Assembly (NCBI GenBank): GCA_046754105.1
Contig: JBHHVD010000014.1
Location: 1 to 44,437 of the forward strand
Direction of reading: 5' to 3'
Origin: Candidatus Krumholzibacteriia bacterium
Lineage (GTDB): Bacteria > Krumholzibacteriota > Krumholzibacteriia > WVZY01
Length of the DNA stretch: 44,437 nucleotides
Made by a program: the position numbers and the translations under genes. The notes under the pieces are model-generated. The model was given only the letters and a program-made list of their open reading frames with translations, made no database searches and had not been told where the DNA came from. Below are positions 1-8,928 of this stretch, one piece after another. Within the stretch, counting starts at the first letter, position 1; each line of letters begins with the position of its first letter.

Positions 1-1347
1 CCGATCCATCTCGTATGACATAGACGCCGATCCCCCCGAATCCGCTGGCCAGGACAGCCGCCGTGCGCCCGCCGGCAGCGTGCCGGCGGTCACGGGTGCG
101 AAGGGATCCCGGACGTCGAGGATACCCACGTTTCCCGCTGCCGCCGCCACGTACGCGACGCTGTCCCGCACGGCGATCTGTACGGGCGACGAAAAAGCGC
201 TCACCGTCTCGACAATCGCCGGGCGCGCCGGATCCCTGGCGTCCACCACATGGATGCCGGCGCTGCCGTCGCAGACGTATACGGCATCGCCAACAATAAA
301 GACGCCCTCTCCCTGGCCGGGCATATCGAGTGTCGAGAGAACCGGCGTCGGAACGGGATTGGCCGCGTCGACGATATGAATTCCGGATGACGCCGCGACC
401 AGAACCTTTCCCCCGCCCACTCCGACCCCGACCGCTTCTCCCGGCATGGCAAGGGTGCCCAGGAGGGCCGGGTGTCGCGGGTCTTCCAGATCCAGCACCT
501 GCAGGCCCGCGAACCGGTCGGCCGCGTACAGGCGCCGGCCGGTCACGGCGACGTCGCGGGTCCCACCCGGCAACGCGATCGACCCGACGAGCGACGGGGA
601 CGACGGTGTCGTAACATCCACGACGTGCACGCCCCCGGACGCCTCCGCGACGTAGACGGTGGTGCCGGCCACGTCGACCGCGGTCGGCTGGCCCGGTAGC
701 GGCAGCGTGGTCACCGCCGGAGCGGCGGGCACACGAACGTCAACGATGCGCAAACCAAGGATCGCGTCTGCCACGTACGCCCAATCACCTGCCAGAGCGA
801 CGTCCCGGGCCATGCCGGCCGTGTTGTCGCCGCCGATCACGCCCGGCGCCGACGGATCGCTGATATCGATAATGGTAAGGCCGATGGCATCGTCGGCGAC
901 GTACAATCGCCCGCCGGCCGCGGCGACTCCCAGGGCCCGCCCCGGCGTGCCCAGCCCGCCCAGGAGCGACGGGCGTCGGGGATCCGACGTGCTGTAGATT
1001 TCGATACCACCGGTGTCGTTGCCGATACACAGGAGCGTATCCACTGTGACGAGATCGGTGACGCTGCCGGTGGCAACCGTACCGAGCACCTGCGGAGAGG
1101 CGGGATCGGAGATGTCCGCAACGTGGAATCCGGTGTCGTCGCCGGCGTAGAGGATGTTCCCGAGGCGTGTGGCGCGGCGAGGCGCGCCTGGCGTGGGCAC
1201 GGCGCCTTCAATATGGAGGAAACCGCCAAAGTCCTGGCATGTCGCCCGCGGCGAAACGAAAAAAGCGCCGTCGCCCGAGCAACTGGTGACGGCCGCGATC
1301 AAAACCGCAAGCAACGGGCACGATTTGCGAACGGAAGGGGCCTGCAT
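1..1347 (-). CDS. LVIVD-repeat (beta-propeller) lipoprotein, runs off the left edge
   Basis: Not in the ORF track; translated by hand. ATG at 1347 with GGAGG upstream. MQAPSVRKSCPLLAVLIAAVTSC is a lipobox-like signal, followed by repeats such as LYVADDAIGLTIIDISDPSAP, AYVADAILGLRIVDVRVP and LYAADRFAGLQVLDLEDP. Confidence 0.85.
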   Translation of the reverse strand, partial: MQAPSVRKSCPLLAVLIAAVTSCSGDGAFFVSPRATCQDFGGFLHIEGAVPTPGAPRRATRLGNILYAGDDTGFHVADISDPASPQVLGTVATGSVTDLVTVDTLLCIGNDTGGIEIYSTSDPRRPSLLGGLGTPGRALGVAAAGGRLYVADDAIGLTIIDISDPSAPGVIGGDNTAGMARDVALAGDWAYVADAILGLRIVDVRVPAAPAVTTLPLPGQPTAVDVAGTTVYVAEASGGVHVVDVTTPSSPSLVGSIALPGGTRDVAVTGRRLYAADRFAGLQVLDLEDPRHPALLGTLAMPGEAVGVGVGGGKVLVAASSGIHIVDAANPVPTPVLSTLDMPGQGEGVFIVGDAVYVCDGSAGIHVVDARDPARPAIVETVSAFSSPVQIAVRDSVAYVAAAAGNVGILDVRDPFAPVTAGTLPAGARRLSWPADSGGSASMSYEMDR

Positions 1348-1435
1348 CGCCGAGCCTCCAAGACGCCGGATCGCCCGCGCCGCAACACCCCCGGCCGTCC
1401 CGCGGCCGAATACCACCCAACCCCCGCGACCCGGG

Positions 1436-2050
1436 TTACACCGATTTTCGTTTGTGAGAAATGATCCGGCCGAGCAACGTGTAATCGTCGCCGGCCAGAC
1501 GCCCGAGCGGGTTGAGTTTCTGGATATCGACCCGGCCGTCCCGGTATATGTCGTCGGAGACGTGGAACAAAACGACCTCCCCGATTACCAACGCCCCCCC
1601 GGTCGGCTTGTCTCCTCCGATATGGATGATGTCGTAGATCTTGCATTCCATGTTGACGGGAGACTCCCCTACCCGCGACGGCTTGACGATCCGGCTCGCC
1701 ACCGGCGTGAAACCGGCGATTTCGAATTCATCCACGTCCGGCGGAAACTCGGCCGCCGTCTCGTGCATCGCCGCGCCCATTTCCGCCGTTACGACGTTCA
1801 CGACAAACTCGCCCGTGGCCTCGATGTTGCTGAGTGTGTCTTTGCGGTCACCGGTCTTCGGCTTGCGCCCCGGCGCAAAACAGATCGTCGGCGGATCGGA
1901 CGTAATCGCCGTAAAATACGAGAACGGCGCCAGGTTCGCGTGCCCGCCGCTCGAAAGCGTCGACACGAAAGCGATGGGGCGCGGCACCACGGTGCCGACC
2001 ATCAGCTTGTAGCAGTCCTTGGGCGTCGTATCACGTGGATCGATAATCAT
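1436..2050 (-). CDS. Flavin reductase-like (DIM6/NTAB family) FMN-binding protein
   Basis: Motifs VVPRPIAFVST, NLAPFSYF, KDTLSNI, GEFVVNVV and PLGRLAG. Confidence 0.9.
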   Translation of the reverse strand: MIIDPRDTTPKDCYKLMVGTVVPRPIAFVSTLSSGGHANLAPFSYFTAITSDPPTICFAPGRKPKTGDRKDTLSNIEATGEFVVNVVTAEMGAAMHETAAEFPPDVDEFEIAGFTPVASRIVKPSRVGESPVNMECKIYDIIHIGGDKPTGGALVIGEVVLFHVSDDIYRDGRVDIQKLNPLGRLAGDDYTLLGRIISHKRKSV

Positions 2051-2135
2051 GATTCATCCTCCGGCGATCACACCGGGGCCTATTGGCACCGCGGGTTCTG
2101 TGGGGGGTGTCGTCGTCATGCCGCCGGGGCGCCGT

Positions 2136-3227
2136 TCACGCGTACTCGCCCAGGCGTACCGGCCGGCGCTTCGACCCCCAGCCGCCGGGCGGCCCGTCGA
2201 AGACCCCCGCGCAGCGCTCGCCGCAGTGCCCGCACGCGCCCTCATCGTCCAGGTTCCACGCGGTCATCCGGTACCAGTCACGCCCGATGACTCGCTCGCC
2301 GCAGGCGTGGCAGAATGTCGAGCCACCGTCTTCGTCGTGTACGTTGCCGGTATAGGCGTAGCGCACACCGTTGCCGCGTGCGATCCGCCGCGCGCGGGCG
2401 AGTGTCGCCGGCGACGTCGCCGGCTTGTCCAGCATCTTCCAGTCGGGATGAAACGCCGTGAAATGCATGGGCACGTCGAGCCCCAGGTTGTCCACTACCC
2501 AGCGCGTGAGCGCCTCCATTTCTTCGGGCGAATCGTTCTCACCCGGGATGAGAAGCGTGGTGGTCTCGAACCAGACGTCCGTTTCGTGTTTCAGGTAGAC
2601 GAGCGTATCGAGGACGTTTTGCAGATCGCCCGCGCAGATTTTCTTGTAGAACCCGTCGGTGAACGCCTTCAGGTCGACGTTGGCCGCGTCCATGTGACGA
2701 TAGAACTCCTTGCGGGGCTCGTCGCAAATATAACCCGCCGTTACCGCCACCGTCTTGATGCCGTATTCGTGGCAAGCCGCCGCGACATCCACCGCGTACT
2801 CCAGGAATATCACCGGGTCGTTGTAGGTAAACGCAACGCTGCGGCATCCCAGGCGCCTCGCCGCTCTCGCGATCGTCTCGGGCGACGCGTGGTCTGCCAG
2901 GGTGTCGATCTCTCGTGACTTGCTGATATCCCAGTTCTGGCAGAACTTGCAGGCGAGATTGCAGCCCGCCGTCCCGAACGACAGCACCGGCGTGTCGGGG
3001 TGAAAATGGTTTAGCGGTTTTTTTTCAATGGGATCGACACAGAATCCGCTCGAGCGGCCGTAGGTCGTCAGGACGATACCGTCGTTCTCACGGGCCCGCA
3101 CGAAGCAAAGGCCCCGCTGACCCTCGCGCAGCTTGCAGTACCTGGGGCAGAGATCGCACTGGAGACGCTCATCTTCCAGCCGGTGCCAGTAGCGGCCCGG
3201 CACCGTCTGCAGGGACTCGTCGTTCAT
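2136..3227 (-). CDS. amrS: AmmeMemoRadiSam system radical SAM enzyme
   Basis: CDLCPRYC...GLCFVR N-terminus, DPIEKKPLNHF, CxxxCxxC (GCNLACKFCQNWDIS), YAYTGNV and a C-terminal CxxC...CxxC. Confidence 0.92.
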   Translation of the reverse strand: MNDESLQTVPGRYWHRLEDERLQCDLCPRYCKLREGQRGLCFVRARENDGIVLTTYGRSSGFCVDPIEKKPLNHFHPDTPVLSFGTAGCNLACKFCQNWDISKSREIDTLADHASPETIARAARRLGCRSVAFTYNDPVIFLEYAVDVAAACHEYGIKTVAVTAGYICDEPRKEFYRHMDAANVDLKAFTDGFYKKICAGDLQNVLDTLVYLKHETDVWFETTTLLIPGENDSPEEMEALTRWVVDNLGLDVPMHFTAFHPDWKMLDKPATSPATLARARRIARGNGVRYAYTGNVHDEDGGSTFCHACGERVIGRDWYRMTAWNLDDEGACGHCGERCAGVFDGPPGGWGSKRRPVRLGEYA

Positions 3228-3328
3228 TCATCTCCCGGCCGAAAAAAGGCGGCATGAAGGGTTGTCAAAGGGGCACACGGATCGCTCGTCACCGGCGATC
3301 GTCGCCGCCGCGCATCGCTTCCAGCACC

Positions 3329-3376
3329 ACTATAACCCCTAAATACGTTGATTTCAATCACCGAAGGCCCTATGCT
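3329..3376. promoter_or_regulatory. Overlapping divergent sigma70-like promoters with an FNR-like palindrome
   Basis: Plus strand TTGATT(3348)-N17-TATGCT(3371). Minus strand TTGAAA(3357)-N17-TATAGT(3334). TTGAT-N4-ATCAC at 3348-3361. Confidence 0.55.
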
Positions 3377-3414
3377 GTGGGGGCTTCTCCAACTGCTTAC
3401 CGGGGCCCACAACC

Positions 3415-4317
3415 ATGCACGTATTCGATGCTCACACCCATTTCTTCAGCCGCGCGTTCTATGAATTCCAGGCCACGCAGGCGGACCCGGGAAACGTTCC
3501 GGCGCTGCTCGAGCGGCTCGGCCGGGGGGGGATCGACGTGCCCGGCGAGGATCCCGCGGAGCTGAGGGATCGTTTTGTCACCGAGCTCGATGAACACGGA
3601 ATCGACCGTGCGGTGACGTTCGCCTCGGTACCGGCGGAAATGGAAGACGTTGGCGAGGCGGCGCACTCGTCGGACGGCCGCCTGGTTCCCTACGCGATGG
3701 TCGACCCCACACAGCCGCGAACGCTCGACAAACTCGCCTCGCTGCAGGAACGATACCGCTTCAAGGGCATGCTGCTCTTCCCGGCGATGCGCGGCTACGG
3801 CATCGGTGACGAAGCCGTCGAACCCGCGCTGGACCTGGCGCGCAAACACGGCATGGTCGTGTTCGTTCACTGCGGCCTGCTGCGCGTCAACGTCCGGGCG
3901 GCGCTCGGGCTCGAGCCGGACTTTCCGCTCGACCGCGGTCATCCCGCGGACCTGATACCGGTGGCGAAGGCGCGCGCCGACCAGACGTTCGTGGTGCCGC
4001 ATTTCAGCGCCGGCTTCTTCGACGAATTCCTCCGTCTCGGCAAGGCGTGCCCCAACGTCTACGCGGATACCGCGGGCTCCAACGAGTGGGGAATGTTCCA
4101 GGCGCCGCCTTTGTATCTCGAGGATCTCTTCGAACAGACGGCGGAGGTCTTTGGTGTCGAGCGCCTGATCTACGGTTCGGATACGGCGGGTTTTCCGCGG
4201 GGATACCGCAAGGACGTGCTCGACGCCCAGATCCGCGCCATGACCGACGCCGGTCTCGAGCGGTCGGACCAGGAGCTCGTGTTGGGGGGCAATCTCTCCA
4301 GGCTTCTCGAGCTGTAG
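3415..4317 (+). CDS. Amidohydrolase family (Amidohydro_2-like) metal-dependent hydrolase
   Basis: DAHTH, VFVHCG, VPHF, NVYADT and YGSD motifs. Confidence 0.85.
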   Translation: MHVFDAHTHFFSRAFYEFQATQADPGNVPALLERLGRGGIDVPGEDPAELRDRFVTELDEHGIDRAVTFASVPAEMEDVGEAAHSSDGRLVPYAMVDPTQPRTLDKLASLQERYRFKGMLLFPAMRGYGIGDEAVEPALDLARKHGMVVFVHCGLLRVNVRAALGLEPDFPLDRGHPADLIPVAKARADQTFVVPHFSAGFFDEFLRLGKACPNVYADTAGSNEWGMFQAPPLYLEDLFEQTAEVFGVERLIYGSDTAGFPRGYRKDVLDAQIRAMTDAGLERSDQELVLGGNLSRLLEL

Positions 4318-4318
4318 C

Positions 4319-4341
4319 GCGCCCGCGAGCGGCGCGGGCGC
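4319..4341. terminator. GC-rich hairpin between convergent genes
   Basis: GCGCCCGCG-AGCGG-CGCGGGCGC; no U-tract. Confidence 0.35.
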
Positions 4342-4371
4342 CCGTTCGCTGCCACCGGCAACGGGCCGCCC

Positions 4372-4839
4372 TCAGAGATCCAGCGCGTAGCGGTAGAATT
4401 CCGTGTCCCGTACGAAGCCGTACCGTTCGTAGAGGGTCTGCGCAGGTGTGTTGTCGATCGCCGTCTCGAGGATCAAGCCCTTGGCACCGGTATCCACGGC
4501 GAGCCGTCGAGCACGGTCGATCAGCGCGCGTGCGATTCCCTGTCGCCTTCCCCGCGTCGCTACGTAGAGGTCGTTGAGGATCCACAGGGGCTTCATCGAT
4601 ACCGACGAGAATGAGGGGTAGAGCTGCGTGAATCCCAGGGGCGTGTTTTCCGGACGCCCCAGCGCGAGGTAGATCACCGAATCCTTCGCACGCAGGCGCT
4701 CCTCGATGAATCCTTTCACGCCGTCGGCGTCGGACGCCCGGCGGTAGAACGCGCGGTATTGGTCGAAGAGGCCGGACACCTGATCGAGGTGTTCCACACC
4801 GGCGCGGACAACGTCGAGTCCATTCCGTGAGGCCTTCAT
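4372..4839 (-). CDS. GNAT family N-acetyltransferase
   Basis: GFTQLYPSFSSVSM, WILNDLYV, RRQGIA and NTPAQTLYE motifs. Confidence 0.9.
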   Translation of the reverse strand: MKASRNGLDVVRAGVEHLDQVSGLFDQYRAFYRRASDADGVKGFIEERLRAKDSVIYLALGRPENTPLGFTQLYPSFSSVSMKPLWILNDLYVATRGRRQGIARALIDRARRLAVDTGAKGLILETAIDNTPAQTLYERYGFVRDTEFYRYALDL

Positions 4840-4853
4840 GGGAGATGCCGCCT

Positions 4854-5198
4854 TTACCTGTTGAGCCCGTGCCGCCGGGGATCCGGGAAATCACGATAGA
4901 GAGCAAACTTGACGTTTTCGATCATGGCGTACACGCCGGCATGGAGGGGCTCCACCTCCGGCCCGCGGGTGGCGGCGTGCGAGAAAGCCTCGTCCAGCTG
5001 GGCGAGGTCGCGCACCTCGATCGAAAGGTTGAAATCACCCAGGTCATCGGGGCCGAACCCGAGTTTGCGGCGCTTGAGCGTGTACCCCTCGATCATCCCC
5101 TTCTCCTCGAGGTGCCCCAGAAAGGCGTTCACCCTCTCCACGAACTCCAGGTCCTTACCACTGTTCCTGAGCGTGAACCATGCTTCGTAGTAATTCAT
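4854..5198 (-). CDS. Conserved small hypothetical protein (DUF6614-like)
   Basis: AAGGAG RBS. RRKLGF, DLAQLDEAF and FALYRDFPD motifs, recalled as DUF6614. Confidence 0.7.
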   Translation of the reverse strand: MNYYEAWFTLRNSGKDLEFVERVNAFLGHLEEKGMIEGYTLKRRKLGFGPDDLGDFNLSIEVRDLAQLDEAFSHAATRGPEVEPLHAGVYAMIENVKFALYRDFPDPRRHGLNR

Positions 5199-5600
5199 CT
5201 GCTCTCCTTATATAAGGTGTTCCCCGTATGCGCGACCACCGGCCGCAGCCGGTTCGGCTGTCCGACCCCGCCCGTCCACCACCAGAAATCCCGGGAAAAG
5301 CCCGCTCGGCCAGCCCTGCCCGGGGGGGTCCCCACTGCCGCGGGGTCGGGTGTGGCACGGCCGCACCCGGCGCGTCTCCACGCCTCGCCTTGGCAGTACC
5401 GCATTCGCCTACCAGTGTAATTGACGCGGCCCGCACGGTCATGTTCAAAACGGAGGGCGTTTCTTGATTTTTGCCGGGGGAAGTGGAATACTTGTCCCCG
5501 CATACCACCTTGCCCGGCGTCGTGTGATCCAAATGCAGGTGTTGGACCTGTCTCACCCGGCCCTCACGCGCAAACATCTCGCGGGAGCAGCGTTACGAGA

Positions 5601-6074
5601 GTGACACCCGTGTTGAAAATAGTGGAAGCACGGTCCGAAGATACCAGGGCCCTGGTCCGGGAACTGTTCGTCGAGTACTGGAACTGGCTGGGGTTCGAGC
5701 CGTGTTTCGAGGGCTTCGATGAAGAGCTCTCAGACCTCGACCGCTCGTACGGCCCGCCGCACGGGTGCATGCTGCTGGCCCTGTCCGGCCCGGCGGCGGC
5801 CGGATGTGTGGCCGTACGGAGACTCTCGGACGAATGTTGCGAAATGAAACGCCTGTATGTGCGGCCGGAGTTTCGTGGCGATCGGATCGGGCTGCAATTG
5901 GTCGCGAGAATCATCGACGCGGGGCGCGGGCTGGGGTACGCGTGCATGAGGCTGGACACGCTGCCCCAAATGGAAAAAGCGATTTCACTGTACGAGTGTT
6001 TTCATTTCAACGAAATCGAACCGTACAAGAAGGATCCGATCCCCGGTGCACGGTACATGGAGCTCGAATTGTAG
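5601..6074 (+). CDS. GNAT family N-acetyltransferase
   Basis: CEMKRLYVRPEFRG, MRLDTLPQMEKAISLY. Start is probably the GTG at 5601 or 5610 rather than 5421. Confidence 0.85.
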   Translation: MTPVLKIVEARSEDTRALVRELFVEYWNWLGFEPCFEGFDEELSDLDRSYGPPHGCMLLALSGPAAAGCVAVRRLSDECCEMKRLYVRPEFRGDRIGLQLVARIIDAGRGLGYACMRLDTLPQMEKAISLYECFHFNEIEPYKKDPIPGARYMELEL

Positions 6075-6115
6075 AGCATGAGGCGTCGCCCGGGCTGCTA
6101 TTCAGAGGAGGCGTT

Positions 6116-7546
6116 ATGAAAACGTTGCGGTTGTGCGCGGGAGTGATTCTGTCGATACTGTTCGTCCATGCAGCATCCACCCCGGCGCAGTCCCAGGCAC
6201 CGGGTGACGCGGCCCGCGCGCTGACCGGTCTCAGCAACTCGTTCGAAACCCTGGTCGAAAGAACTCAGCCGGCCGTGGTTCAGGTTTTCTCGTCGGGTTA
6301 CGGGCCCACCGGACGTGGTTCCACCACCTCGGACCTGCTCGGCAAGGTGCGGAGCTCGGGCAGCGGGGTTATCCTGCACCCGGACGGCTACATCCTGACC
6401 AATGCCCACGTGGTGGAAGCGGCGCGCCGCGTTCAGGTACTCGTCCCGCAGAAAATCACCGGCGAAGAGCGGGGACGCTCGATCCTGCAACCGAAGGGCC
6501 GGCGTTTCGGCGCCCAGATCGTAGGGATCGACCGCGAGACCGATCTCGCCGTGCTCAAGGTACAGGCCACCGGCCTCCCCTACCTCGAGCTGAGCGACTC
6601 GGACGGCCTGCGCCAGGGCCAGATCGTGCTGGCCTTCGGCAGCCCGTACGGTCTGGAAAACTCCGTGTCTATGGGAGTGGTGAGCTCTGTATCCCGCCAG
6701 CTGCGTCCCGAGGACCCGATGATCTACATTCAAACCGACGCCACCATCAACCCCGGCAACAGCGGAGGCCCGCTCGTCGACACCGAGGGCCGCGTGGTCG
6801 GCATCAACACCTTTATCCTCTCGCACGCGGGCGGCAGTGAGGGAGTCGGGTTTGCGGCACCAAGCAATATCGTCCAGAACGTGTACAACCAGTTCCGGGC
6901 GAGCGGGCGCGTCCGTCGCGGGCATATCGGCATCAACGCGCAGACGATCACGCCGACCATGGCCGACGGGCTGTCGCTGCCCCGCGACTGGGGAGTAGTC
7001 GTTTCCGACGTGTTTCCGGGCGGCCCGGCCGACCGCGCGGGGCTGAGAATCAGCGACGTCATCCACCAACTGGATGGGAAGGTGATGGAAAACGGGCGTC
7101 AGTTCGACGTCAACCTCTACCGGCACGCCATTGGAGATGAGGTTACGCTCGACGTCATTCGTGAATCGGGCCCGGCAACACTGCGTGCCACCGTCGTCGA
7201 GCGCCAGGATGACCCCACGCGATTCTCGGACTACGTAAGACCGGACAAGAACCTCATTCCGAAGCTCGGCATACTTGCCGTCGATCTCGACCGCACGATC
7301 CTTCAGATGCTGCCACCGCTGCGGCAGGAGGATGGTGTCGTGGTGGCGGCGCGGGCGGCCGATGCGCCGTTCGATGCGAGCGGCCTGCAGGCGGGGGATG
7401 TCATCCACGCCATGAACCGCGACCCCGTGCACGATCTCAAGTCCCTCCGCGAGCGGGTGCGCAAGTTGAGGGCCGGGGACCCGGTGGTCTTTCAGGTGGA
7501 GCGAAGCGGCCGCATGAAATACATCGCCTTCGAGGTCGATTTCTAG
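6116..7546 (+). CDS. HtrA/DegP-family periplasmic serine protease with two PDZ domains
   Basis: GAGGAGG RBS then ATG at 6116, signal peptide, catalytic triad TNAHV / ETDLA / GNSGG, two PDZ domains. Confidence 0.93.
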   Translation: MKTLRLCAGVILSILFVHAASTPAQSQAPGDAARALTGLSNSFETLVERTQPAVVQVFSSGYGPTGRGSTTSDLLGKVRSSGSGVILHPDGYILTNAHVVEAARRVQVLVPQKITGEERGRSILQPKGRRFGAQIVGIDRETDLAVLKVQATGLPYLELSDSDGLRQGQIVLAFGSPYGLENSVSMGVVSSVSRQLRPEDPMIYIQTDATINPGNSGGPLVDTEGRVVGINTFILSHAGGSEGVGFAAPSNIVQNVYNQFRASGRVRRGHIGINAQTITPTMADGLSLPRDWGVVVSDVFPGGPADRAGLRISDVIHQLDGKVMENGRQFDVNLYRHAIGDEVTLDVIRESGPATLRATVVERQDDPTRFSDYVRPDKNLIPKLGILAVDLDRTILQMLPPLRQEDGVVVAARAADAPFDASGLQAGDVIHAMNRDPVHDLKSLRERVRKLRAGDPVVFQVERSGRMKYIAFEVDF

Positions 7547-7565
7547 CCGTGGGCGGTGACGTATC

Positions 7566-7952
7566 GTGACGCGAATCCTGTTTGTCTGCATCGAAAACTC
7601 GTGCCGCAGCCAGATGGCCGAGGCGTTCGCGCGTATCCACGGCGGCGAGGGCGTGGAAGCCTGCAGCGCGGGATCGGCGCCCTCGGGCGTTGTGAACGAC
7701 AAGGCGATCGCGGCCATGTCGAGGCTTGGGTACGACCTCTCCACACACCGGTCGAAGTCAACCGTGGACTTGCCGTCCGTCACGTTCGACTACGTCGTAA
7801 CCATGGGTTGCGGTGACCAATGCCCGGTAGTGTCCGCACGCAACCGCTTCGACTGGGACGTCGCCGACCCGAAGGGCCTCGACCCGGCGGCGTTCGACGA
7901 CGTCCGGGATGACATCGAGGAGCGGGTCAAACAGCTGATTTCGCTACTATAA
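7566..7952 (+). CDS. arsC: Arsenate reductase, thioredoxin-type (LMW-PTPase fold)
   Basis: CIENSCRSQMAE and VTMGCGDQCP motifs. Confidence 0.8.
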   Translation: MTRILFVCIENSCRSQMAEAFARIHGGEGVEACSAGSAPSGVVNDKAIAAMSRLGYDLSTHRSKSTVDLPSVTFDYVVTMGCGDQCPVVSARNRFDWDVADPKGLDPAAFDDVRDDIEERVKQLISLL

Positions 7953-8893
7953 TGAAAAAGCCGAAACGACTGAACCTCGCCCAGAAGATCTGCCGGCCGC
8001 TGCCGCCCGTGATTTCACAAAAACTCCGGACCTGGCTCTACCCCTATGCCGCCGCGCGGCAAGACAACTACGAATTTGTCGTACGCGCGCAGACCGGGTC
8101 GCAATTCCGGGGCACTACGAGAGACTTTCACGGCTACCCTTTTAGCGTTCACGGGTACTACGAGTGGAGGAACACGGCAATCGCCCTGGCAACGGCCGCT
8201 CCCGGCGACGTCATCATCGAAGTGGGCGCCAACGTGGGGACGGAGACCGTCGGGTTTTCGGATATCGTCGGAGGCGATGGCAAGGTGCACGCGTTCGAGC
8301 CGCTGCCGTCCAACACGAGCCGTCTCGAAGACCTGGCGCGTCGTACGATCCACCCGAATATCGCGGTGCACGCCTTCGCGCTGAGCGACAGGAACGAGAC
8401 GGTGGAGTTTCAGGTCCCGGTCGCACACATGTCGGGCAGCGGATTCATCGCGCGATCCGGCGACGAAGAAGCTTCGAAAACGGTTCGCGTACGCTGTGTT
8501 ACGCTCGATTCGCTGGCGGAGGAGATCGGGCCGGCGTCGGTCCTCTTCATGGACACCGAGGGGGAGGAGATCCGGATACTCCGCGGTGCCGCGACCTATA
8601 TCCGTGATTTTCGCCCCACGATCATCCTCGAAGCGTCTCCCAAACTGCTGCGGCGCGCCGGGTTTACAATCGACGACCTCTATGCGGAAATCACCGGTCG
8701 GGACTACATTCCCTACAAGATCGTCCGCTTTGGGCTCGAAAGGGTCGAATCTCCGGACCCCGACAACGTCGACAACTGGTTTTGCGCAGATCGCGCCCAG
8801 CAGCGCTCGCTCGTCGGCCGGGCTCACCGCCGCATACTCGCCTGCGGCCTGATGCCTTGCGTGCGCGGGCTAAATCCACTGTCCCGTGTTTGA
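7952..8893 (+). CDS. FkbM family methyltransferase
   Basis: EVGANVG, VHAFEP, VTLD and MDTEGEE motifs. TAATG overlap with arsC. Confidence 0.85.
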   Translation: MKKPKRLNLAQKICRPLPPVISQKLRTWLYPYAAARQDNYEFVVRAQTGSQFRGTTRDFHGYPFSVHGYYEWRNTAIALATAAPGDVIIEVGANVGTETVGFSDIVGGDGKVHAFEPLPSNTSRLEDLARRTIHPNIAVHAFALSDRNETVEFQVPVAHMSGSGFIARSGDEEASKTVRVRCVTLDSLAEEIGPASVLFMDTEGEEIRILRGAATYIRDFRPTIILEASPKLLRRAGFTIDDLYAEITGRDYIPYKIVRFGLERVESPDPDNVDNWFCADRAQQRSLVGRAHRRILACGLMPCVRGLNPLSRV

Positions 8894-8928
8894 AGACTTG
8901 AAGACCCGGGGAAAAAGAGAAGCGCCGG

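Noticed and set aside
2054..2119. Short ORF MTTTPPTEPAVPIGPGVIAGG as an amrB remnant or leader peptide
   Set aside because: Resemblance to the AmrB N-terminus is too weak and there is no clear RBS.
8890..8905. Tandem TTGAAGAC duplication after the FkbM stop (possible transposon footprint)
   Set aside because: Only 8 bp x2, with no other sign of an element.
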